A model generated the notes under the pieces. The model was given only the letters and a program-made list of their open reading frames with translations, was not told the origin of the DNA and searched no databases. This document shows, one piece after another, positions 1 through 8,200 of a DNA stretch of 64,000 nt (position 1 is its first letter; each line of letters begins with the position of its first letter). A program made the position numbers and the translations under genes. The stretch comes from a virus (taxonomy: Duplodnaviria; Caudoviricetes): positions 1 through 64,000 of IMG/VR virus record IMGVR_UViG_3300032292_000618; one strand, written 5' to 3'.

Positions 1-2
1 CC

Positions 3-65
3 TGTGGAAAACTATAGTCAAACCTGTGGAAAACCTGTGGAAAAGTATAGTTAACTTGTGGAAAA
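3..65 (-). repeat. Cluster of four direct repeats TGTGGAAAA (TTTTCCACA on the minus strand), DnaA-box-like
   Basis: Exact 9-mer at 3-11, 25-33, 36-44 and 57-65. TTTTCCACA is the DnaA-box variant typical of cyanobacterial oriC. The cluster may continue upstream of the window. Confidence 0.7.
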
Positions 66-114
66 CTCAGTATAAGACAGTGATGAGATGTGTGGGTTTC
101 AGTGAATACAGGGG

Positions 115-143
115 TTGACAAAGTGCAGTGTTTGTGTTATAGT
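115..143 (+). promoter_or_regulatory. sigma70-type early promoter
   Basis: TTGACA (115-120), 17 bp spacer, TATAGT (138-143), with extended -10 TG at 135-136. Confidence 0.8.
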
Positions 144-423
144 GAATTCGCAGTTGTTTTGTTATATTATGTGGGGTGGGGGCGGGTAATGCGAAAAATC
201 CAAACTACCCTAACCTACAGAGGTGACAATTTGAGAGAACGATATAAAGATGATTAAAAAAATTCTGAGTACAAAAAAATCCCCCATAAGGTTAATCTAT
301 GAGGGTCTGTATGGAACTACAATTGGTCCCAGCGATGAGGTGAGTTATATTGTGAGTTGCCTCAGAGAAACATTAAATATAGTTGGGTCCCATTATAGAA
401 AAAAAAATTCTCCCAGGAAAAAA

Positions 424-600
424 ATGAAATATAGGTTAATTGCAAGAGATAGGATATTTTGTGAGGGTACATTAGCAGAATGCAAGGAAGCACTCACAGG
501 AGTTTCCAATATGATTAGTGCAGGATTCTCTACCTCATTTCAGGTAGAAGAGTTTGTGATAGTTAGTATTGGTTGCCAAGGATGCAATTGTGAGGTATGA
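424..600 (+). CDS. Hypothetical protein (58 aa, MKYRLIARDRIF...)
   Basis: 3' part of track ORF 250..600. The 5' part runs through A-tract/low-complexity non-coding-like sequence, so the ATG at 424 is preferred. Confidence 0.5.
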   Translation: MKYRLIARDRIFCEGTLAECKEALTGVSNMISAGFSTSFQVEEFVIVSIGCQGCNCEV

Positions 601-601
601 T
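573..601 (+). promoter_or_regulatory. sigma70-type early promoter
   Basis: TTGCCA-N17-TATGAT directly upstream of the ORF at 625. Confidence 0.55.
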
Positions 602-624
602 AGTACATTGAGGGAGATTGCAGA

Positions 625-777
625 ATGAATAGGTATGCAGTGACTTTGTATAGTATTGTGAATGGATTAACTGTCTGGATTTCCTTTCCTGTTAATAGTC
701 CAATGAGTTCAAAGCAACTCAGATCATATTATGAATGTCAGAGTGTCAGCATTAGTAAAGTTGAGGTATTTGGATGA
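625..777 (+). CDS. Small hypothetical protein (50 aa, MNRYAVTLYSIV...), not in the ORF track
   Basis: GGGAG SD-like site upstream, ATG at 625, TGA at 775-777 abutting the next ATG. Confidence 0.6.
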   Translation: MNRYAVTLYSIVNGLTVWISFPVNSPMSSKQLRSYYECQSVSISKVEVFG

Positions 778-990
778 ATGAAAAAGAATAAGAATACCAT
801 GTGGAGGCTTGTGGCAAAGTCTCTAGGGGAAAAGAGTGGTAATACAGACAAAGAAGCAGATCAGGTTGCAGTGCTTCGTATGGTGATGTTTCTGTCAATT
901 TTTATAACTAATGCATTTATTGTATACAATGCACTTAGGACGCATCACTTTCCAAATTACGAAATTCAATGTAAGAGGCACCACACATGA
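778..990 (+). CDS. Small membrane protein, cyanophage-type hypothetical
   Basis: WRLVAKSLGEKSG..D.EAD.VA motif followed by one hydrophobic helix. Confidence 0.7.
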   Translation: MKKNKNTMWRLVAKSLGEKSGNTDKEADQVAVLRMVMFLSIFITNAFIVYNALRTHHFPNYEIQCKRHHT

Positions 991-1388
991 TTACTAATTC
1001 ATTACTTGCAACGGACAAAGAAAAGATCAAACTCAATTGGTTTGAGTATTGGATTGGTCATTGTTGGATGACAGGATGGCAAAGTATCAGAGGAGCATAT
1101 AGAATATGGGCAGACCTTATGACAGACAATTATAAGGACTATACCCTCCTTCATAACGATGACCCATTCACAGAGTGTTATGAATGGTTCTGGGTGTCAC
1201 TTAATGAAGATGATACCTATCCCAGATCCTTTCTAGAACATCTGATGCAGCTGGTAGATGATGTGAAAACTGGTAAGGAAAAATTGATACCCTTTGATAA
1301 TCTTGATGATCTTATGAAGGATCTTGAAGAGGATCAGTTAAATCCTGATACAATGTATTTGAGTAACAGTGAGGCGGATTTCTCTTAA
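987..1388 (+). CDS. Hypothetical protein (Trp-rich N-terminus)
   Basis: 133 aa ORF with ATGA overlap to the upstream gene. Confidence 0.7.
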   Translation: MITNSLLATDKEKIKLNWFEYWIGHCWMTGWQSIRGAYRIWADLMTDNYKDYTLLHNDDPFTECYEWFWVSLNEDDTYPRSFLEHLMQLVDDVKTGKEKLIPFDNLDDLMKDLEEDQLNPDTMYLSNSEADFS

Positions 1389-1429
1389 AATATTGGACCT
1401 ACCCCGAATTTCTCTCATAATAAGGACCA

Positions 1430-1458
1430 TTGACACCAAATAAATAGTGCAGTATCAT
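1430..1458 (+). promoter_or_regulatory. Nested early (sigma70) and late (gp55) promoter
   Basis: TTGACA (1430-1435)-N17-TATCAT (1453-1458), with AATAAATA (1439-1446) inside the spacer. Confidence 0.65.
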
Positions 1459-1497
1459 TTGAGTTGATACGTACGTACATCACAACTTGAAATTTTT

Positions 1498-2253
1498 ATG
1501 TCAAAAGGATTTACAGTAAAGGCAAAACAACAAGAACAAGAAACACCCCTTTTTAACATTCAAGAATGTCTAGAAAGGATTAAGGGTAAAACAATTGTAT
1601 TCTGTTTACCTGGAAGAGGTGTATCATATATTTTCCTGAAGAACTTCGTTCAACTGTGCTTTGATCTAGTACAGGCAGGAGCAAGTATTCAAATCTCTCA
1701 GGACTACTCTAGCATGGTTAACTTTGCTAGATGTAAGGTACTAGGTGCAAATGTGCTTGCAGGACCAGATCAGGTGCCCTGGCAAGGCAACCTCAATTAT
1801 GATTATCAACTATGGATTGATAGTGATATTGTATTCAATACAGATGCTTTCTGGGCACTGGTTCAAATGGATAAGGACATTGCATGTGGTTGGTATGCCA
1901 CAGAGGATGGTAGAACTACATCAGTTGCGCATTGGGCAGATGAAGCTAACTTCAAGAGCAATGGTGGAGTCATGAATCATGAAATGGTTGATACCATTGG
2001 TAATAGAAAGAAACCATTCACTGTAGACTATACTGGTTTTGGTTGGGTACTCCTTAAGAAAGGGGTCTTTGAGCACCCTGAAATGAAGTATCCATGGTTT
2101 GCACCACAGATGCAAGTCTTTGAGTCTGGAGAGGTCCAGGACATGTGTGGAGAGGATGTTTCATTCTGTCTTGATGCTACTCGTAAGTGTGGTTTTGAGA
2201 TTTGGTGCCATCCACAGATTAGAGTTGGACACGAGAAAACCAGAGTCATTTGA
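1498..2253 (+). CDS. GT-A fold (GT2-like) glycosyltransferase
   Basis: DxD motif (WIDSD), G-F-G-W-V-L-L and GEDVSFC motifs, C-terminal VGH. Confidence 0.75.
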   Translation: MSKGFTVKAKQQEQETPLFNIQECLERIKGKTIVFCLPGRGVSYIFLKNFVQLCFDLVQAGASIQISQDYSSMVNFARCKVLGANVLAGPDQVPWQGNLNYDYQLWIDSDIVFNTDAFWALVQMDKDIACGWYATEDGRTTSVAHWADEANFKSNGGVMNHEMVDTIGNRKKPFTVDYTGFGWVLLKKGVFEHPEMKYPWFAPQMQVFESGEVQDMCGEDVSFCLDATRKCGFEIWCHPQIRVGHEKTRVI

Positions 2254-2256
2254 TCT

Positions 2257-2412
2257 ATGGACAAGTATCGCATTCTTTGTAATGAAAGAGTGATTTATAA
2301 CAATCTTTCAGAAGAAGACATGTTTGAGGTGATGGATGAACTGTCTCAACAATATTATGAGACAGGGGTTCCCAAACCAGATGATCTTGTGGTAGAATGT
2401 CTAAGACCTTAA
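2257..2412 (+). CDS. Small hypothetical protein (51 aa, MDKYRILCNERVIYNNLSEE...), not in the ORF track
   Basis: Open frame filling the gap, tightly packed after the glycosyltransferase. Confidence 0.7.
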   Translation: MDKYRILCNERVIYNNLSEEDMFEVMDELSQQYYETGVPKPDDLVVECLRP

Positions 2413-2424
2413 GGAGATAAGATT

Positions 2425-2568
2425 ATGGCAAAGCGTTCCTCACTGACCAATAAACTCATTATTGAAGGTAAACCAAAGAAGACTCGTCAAGGAATGTCCC
2501 AACATACTAAACTGTCTTCTACCTCTAGTAATGGTGCAAAGAAAAAATACAGAGGACAAGGCAAATAA
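2425..2568 (+). CDS. Small basic protein (47 aa, ending KKKYRGQGK), not in the ORF track
   Basis: AAGGAG SD at 2411-2416, Lys/Arg-rich, followed by a terminator. Confidence 0.75.
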   Translation: MAKRSSLTNKLIIEGKPKKTRQGMSQHTKLSSTSSNGAKKKYRGQGK

Positions 2569-2575
2569 TATAGAT

Positions 2576-2602
2576 AAAGCAGGGGTTATTCCCTGCTTTT
2601 TT
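2576..2602 (+). terminator. Rho-independent terminator
   Basis: AAAGCAGGG-loop-CCCTGCTTT followed by a T run. Confidence 0.75.
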
Positions 2603-2662
2603 ATTGATTATAGGGATGGCAACCCCTTAAAAAGTTCTAATTCACTAGAATTAGGAGCAACT

Positions 2663-2908
2663 ATGTCAAATTTACCTACTGATAGGGACCAAAATTACAT
2701 GTATCAGATGTGGGGGACTACAAAATTAGTCACTGATTACACTAAACCCACAAATACAAGGACAATTCAAGAAATTATGCATGATGATATTGCTAAAACT
2801 AAGCATTTTTTAAAAGAACAGGCAGATATTCATGAAAAAATCAGAAATGATGAAGATTATGATGATTGGGAGTATGGAACTGAGCCTGTGTATGGAAAAC
2901 CACAATAA
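2663..2908 (+). CDS. Hypothetical protein (81 aa, MSNLPTDRD...)
   Basis: AGGAG SD just upstream of ATG 2663. The longer track start (2462) overlaps the small basic gene and the terminator. Confidence 0.7.
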   Translation: MSNLPTDRDQNYMYQMWGTTKLVTDYTKPTNTRTIQEIMHDDIAKTKHFLKEQADIHEKIRNDEDYDDWEYGTEPVYGKPQ

Positions 2909-2933
2909 ATAAAAATAAATATTAAATAAACAA

Positions 2934-3338
2934 GTGCCTTTAGAATCTATTTCCAGAGGATTTAAAGATATTAGTCTGTCTTTCAACAGGCATCCTGTTA
3001 CTAATGATGTTACATCATTGAAAAATGAGGATGCCATTAAAAAATCCGTTATTAACTTAGTCAGAACTAAGGTTGGAGAAAGATTTTTTAATTCTCTGTT
3101 AGGTTCTAATGTAGAAAATTACTTCTTTGAACTGGCTGATAGTGGGATAGTAACACCATTAGAGGATGAGATAAAGAATGTTATAAGAAACTTTGAACCA
3201 AGAGTTTCATTAAGAAGAGTTGATGTTCAATTATATTTGGATCAAAATGAATTGAATGTTGTAATAGTCTATGACATCATTGGTTTAAGTTTACCAACTC
3301 AGAATATTAGCTTCATATTACAACCTACAAGATACTAA
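2934..3338 (+). CDS. gp25: Baseplate wedge subunit gp25
   Basis: GERFFN..LGS and NFEPRV motifs, position before gp6, AATAAATA late boxes upstream. Confidence 0.92.
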   Translation: MPLESISRGFKDISLSFNRHPVTNDVTSLKNEDAIKKSVINLVRTKVGERFFNSLLGSNVENYFFELADSGIVTPLEDEIKNVIRNFEPRVSLRRVDVQLYLDQNELNVVIVYDIIGLSLPTQNISFILQPTRY

Positions 3339-5218
3339 TGACATTCACTCAATTTACAAACCTGGACTTTGATCAGGTAAGAACATCAATTAAAGATTAC
3401 TTAAGGGCAAATTCTACATTTACTGACTTTGACTTTGAAGGATCTAATTTCTCAGTATTGATTGATGTTCTTGCCTACAATACTTATTTGACTGCCTATA
3501 ACACAAATATGGTGGTCAATGAGTCATTCCTTGACAGTGCCACTATTAGAGAGAATGTTGTATCATTAGTTAGAAATATTGGGTATGTTCCACTTTCAAG
3601 AAGATCAGCAAGAGCAAAAATATCATTCAGTGTTACTGGATTAAATGTAAATTACAAAACAATAACCCTAAAGAAAGGAATTGTTTGTACTGGTAACTTA
3701 GATAACACAAGTTATATCTTTTCAATCCCAGAAGATATTACTGTAGGAATTTCAAACAATGAGGCTGTATTCTCACAAATTGAAATTTATGAAGGGACTT
3801 TACTTTCAAAGACATTTATTGTAGATAATTCTCAACCAAACCAAAAATATATTCTTCCAAACCCTTACATAGATACCTCTACAATTAGGGTATCAGTAAA
3901 AGAAACAGCACAGTCTACCACAACAGAAGAATATAATGCAGTAGATAATATTATTGGTATAAATAAAAATTCTCAAATCTTCTTAGTTCAAGAAATATCA
4001 GATGAAAAATATGAATTATTTTTTGGCGATGGGATTTTTGGTAAGCAATTAAGTAATAATAATCAAATTTCAGCAACATACATCACCACAAATGGCAAAT
4101 CTGGTAATGGAGCATCTAGTTTTGATTTTTCTGGAGTAATTTTAACTGATACTGGAGTAGATGTCAGTCCAAATGTTGGGGTTTTAATCACTGATGAGGT
4201 GGCATCTAATGGTGATGACATCCAATCAATAGAATCTATCAAATACTATGCTCCTAGACTGTATTCTACCCAATACAGAGCAGTAACTGCATCTGATTAT
4301 GAGGCACTATTACCATCAATTTATCCAAATATAGAATCAGTTACTGCATATGGTGGCGAAGAGAATAATCCACCAGATTATGGTAAAGTTTTTGTGGCAG
4401 CAAAACCAAAAAATGCAGAATACTTATCACAAAGTACTAAAGAAAGTATAATCCAATCCCTAAAAAAATATACAGTTGCTGGAATTGAAGTTAATTTTGT
4501 AGATGTTAATGTAGTCTATGTGGAATTAGACTCTGTTGTTTATTATAATTCTAATTTTGTGGGATCAGTTAGTGATTTAAGTGCAAAAGTAACTAGTTCT
4601 TTACAGAAGTATTCACAATCTACTGATTTAAATAAATTTGGAGGAAGGTTTAAGTACAGTAAGTGTCTTAGAGTTATAGATGCTACTAGTAATTCTATAA
4701 CATCCAACATCACCAAAATTAAAATTAGAAGAGATGTTGGAGTAATTATAGATAAACCTACTCAATATAAAATATGTTTTGAAAATTCATTTGCAGTTTT
4801 GACAGCACAAAGTAATATAAGGAGCACAGGATTTAGAGTAAATGGAATAGACTCTATTGTTTACATTGGAGATGCAGTTAAAAATTCATCAGAAGGTACT
4901 CTTTTCTTATTTTCATTAGAGGGTGATGAAATGATTACTAGATTACAAAATGTAGGTAGAATTAATTATACTACTGGAGAAATTAATATAGATAATATAA
5001 ATGTATCTTCCACTGTTTTGCCAAATAACATTATAGAAATTGAGGCAACTCCATTATCTAATGATATTATTGCAAAGAAATCTGTATATTTGAAACTTGA
5101 TATTGGAAAAAGCAAAATAAACTTAGTTAAAGATTTAATATCTTCTGGAGAAAATGCCTCTGGAAGCGCGTTTACACCAGAACAAAGTTTTTCAACAAGA
5201 AACATAATAAGAGTATAA
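3338..5218 (+). CDS. gp6: Baseplate wedge subunit gp6
   Basis: LDFDQ, FTDFDFEGS, ESFLDSA..R, FGDG..G and RAVTASDY motifs. Confidence 0.93.
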   Translation: MTFTQFTNLDFDQVRTSIKDYLRANSTFTDFDFEGSNFSVLIDVLAYNTYLTAYNTNMVVNESFLDSATIRENVVSLVRNIGYVPLSRRSARAKISFSVTGLNVNYKTITLKKGIVCTGNLDNTSYIFSIPEDITVGISNNEAVFSQIEIYEGTLLSKTFIVDNSQPNQKYILPNPYIDTSTIRVSVKETAQSTTTEEYNAVDNIIGINKNSQIFLVQEISDEKYELFFGDGIFGKQLSNNNQISATYITTNGKSGNGASSFDFSGVILTDTGVDVSPNVGVLITDEVASNGDDIQSIESIKYYAPRLYSTQYRAVTASDYEALLPSIYPNIESVTAYGGEENNPPDYGKVFVAAKPKNAEYLSQSTKESIIQSLKKYTVAGIEVNFVDVNVVYVELDSVVYYNSNFVGSVSDLSAKVTSSLQKYSQSTDLNKFGGRFKYSKCLRVIDATSNSITSNITKIKIRRDVGVIIDKPTQYKICFENSFAVLTAQSNIRSTGFRVNGIDSIVYIGDAVKNSSEGTLFLFSLEGDEMITRLQNVGRINYTTGEINIDNINVSSTVLPNNIIEIEATPLSNDIIAKKSVYLKLDIGKSKINLVKDLISSGENASGSAFTPEQSFSTRNIIRV

Positions 5219-5219
5219 G

Positions 5220-8200
5220 ATGAATAACGAAAAGAAAGTAATTAAAATTTCAGATGTTGTCAAAAATCAACTTCCTGAATTTATTTTAGAAGAAAATCCA
5301 AACTTTTCGGAATTCTTAAACCAATATTATGTTTCACAAGAGTATACTGGTGGACCAGTAGACCTATCTGAAAATTTAAGCGACTATAAAAATGTAGAAT
5401 CGTTTGATAAAATTAATCTAATAAAAAGTACTACATTAACTTCTGATGCAAGTTTTATTGATTCTGAAATTTATGTAGAATCCACTAATGGATGGCCTAA
5501 TTCTTATGGTCTATTTAAAATTAATAATGAAATCATAACATATACTGGTATAACAACTAATTCATTCTTAGGATGTATTAGGGGGTTTAGTGGCATAGAA
5601 TCCCTTTCTAGTGAAGATAATCCAGAAGTACTTGTATTCTCAAAGACTGAATCTGATTTTCATTCTGAGGGAGACTCAGTAATTAATCTCAGCAATTTAT
5701 TTTTAGTAGAATTCTTTAATAAAATTAAATATCAGTTTACTCCAGGATTTGAAGAAGTAGAACTGGATTCTAAAATTAATCCCCAAAATTTCATTTCAAA
5801 GGCAAAATCATTTTATCAAAGTAAAGGAACAGACGAAGCATATCAGATTTTATTTAAAGTTCTTTATGATGAAGATGTAAAAATTATAAAGCCAAGAGAG
5901 TTTTGCTTTACTTCATCTGATGATAAGTGGGTAGTAACAGAAACTTTTGTATGCGATTTAATCAGTGGTGATCCACTGAAAATAAAGGGACAAACCTTAT
6001 ATCAAGATAGTGATCCATATAATTCAAATGTATTAGAAGCTAATGGATCAATATATGAAGTAGAGTCATTTAAATTAGATAACAAAATATTATATAAGAT
6101 AAAAATATTTGCTGGGTATTCTAATAATATAAGTCCTAAAGGGTCTATTTCTGGCGTTTTTGTATCTACTCCAAAAACATATTCAGTAGAAAATGTAGAT
6201 GTTGAATCAACCACTATATTTGTAGATTCTACAGTAGGATTTCCACAAAGTGGAATATTAAATATCAATGGAACAGAATACACATATTCTGATAAAACTA
6301 ATAATCAATTCACACAAGTAACTGGAATAACTTCCACAACTGTTATTGGAAGAAAATCAGAAATCTATGGATCTAATTTTGTATATTCATATGAAGATGG
6401 AAATACTTCATCCATAGTCAAACTAAAAGTAAACAATGTTTTATCTGGCATAAGATCATCTGAAACATTGTATGCATTAGATAATGATCCAATTAGGATC
6501 GAAAATATAGGAAATACAGTAGATACCACCTTTACAAAATCTTTATATTATAATCATCCATTAACAATTCCATCTGGAATATCTACAACACAAATAACTG
6601 ATACAACAAGAAATTATTTTAAAGAAGGATTTTCTGTAGTAAATGGTTTGGCATTATGCAAATATAATCACAATTTAAAATTAGGTGATACTGTAAATCT
6701 TTTTGCACAGTCTACTGAAGGATATGACTTAATATTATCAGGTCTTTCAGTAAATACTAGTCTGTCTAAAGAATTTAGTGTTCAGCAAATATCAAATCCT
6801 AGTGTTTTAGGGAAAAAGGTTTTATTTAGAAGAAATTTAAAGAAAACAAAAGCAACTCCATTTACCAAACTTTATAATAATATTCAAAATAAATTTACTT
6901 CTAATATTCAAGATTGTTATGTAGATGATAATTATTATTATGTAACATCTAATGGTCTTCCTGATTATGAAATAAACCCATATATTAGAGAGTTTTCCTT
7001 TACTGTTAATGTATCTACATTAGTAGGAACACACAATTTTTATGATGGAGAGGCAGTAAAGGTAGTTTCATATACCACGTCTACTAATTACAATAATAAA
7101 GTTGGAATTGCAACTGGGGTAACTTATTATGTTACTAGATTAAGTTCTAATACTTTAGGATTGACTGAAAATAGAGATAATGTTGGAAATACATCAATAA
7201 ATTTCTTTGAATATGACAATGAAGGTAATTTATTTGGAACTATAGATGAAATAGTTCTTATAAGTTCTCCTTTGTATGGAAATAACTTTACATCTTCAAA
7301 GTTATTTAAAAAAATTCCAAAGAATCTAGAATTTTCTAAAACTAAAGTTGAAACTTCTGCAGGTCCAATTGGAATTTTTGTTAATGGAGTAGAAATTCAA
7401 AATTATAAATCATATGATAAAATTTATTATGGTCAAATTGAGACAGTAGATGTTTTAAATGGTGGCACTAACTATAGTCTGATTAATCCCCCATCTTTCC
7501 AAATTTTTAGTGGAACTGAAGAAGATCAGGATACTTTTTTAATTCCTCAAATGAAGGGAGTTTTAAAAGAGTTAATAGTAGTAAATTCTGGATATGATTA
7601 TGAAGACACTCCAATAGTTACTATAACTGGCGGAAATAATGATGAATTATCTGCTCAAGTTAAAATGAAGAGCATAGATAAGCAGATTCAATTCAATGCA
7701 ACAACTAGAGATACAGTAGTAAATACCGTAACTAATGATCTAAGATTTGGAAGAAATCATGGATTCATAACTGGTGAGCCTATTGTATATGAAACTTTTA
7801 ATACTATTCCAATAGGAATTGGATCTATAGTTTCTGATGGAACTTTATTAAATAACTCAGTCTATTATGCTGTAAATATTGGAGCAGGAACTTCAATTAA
7901 ATTAGCATTAAACCAAGAAGATGCTATTGCAGAAAGGAATTTAATCAATATAAGAACTACTGGTGGAGGAATTCAAAGATTTAAATCTTTGAATAAAATC
8001 CAAGTAATAGACAAAGTAAATGTTTTAGGGCAGAATATTAACTTTGAATATAAAAAATTATCTTTTGGTCCAGAAGATGTCAATGTATACGATAATATTT
8101 TTACTAGCATAGATCATCAATTTAATACTAGAGATAAAGTAGTAATTACAGTAGAAGGAACTTACTTAGATGGAGCAACACCAAATCAAATTTATTATAT

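Noticed and set aside
1-66. Repeats as a CRISPR array
   Set aside because: Repeats are only 9-12 bp with 2-13 bp gaps; no spacer-sized unique sequences and no cas genes
250-423. N-terminal half of track ORF 250..600
   Set aside because: Runs through A-tract, low-complexity sequence with no SD; a start at 424 is more plausible
2462-2662. N-terminal extension of track ORF 2462..2908
   Set aside because: Overlaps a better-supported small gene, a terminator and a structured leader; the SD supports ATG 2663
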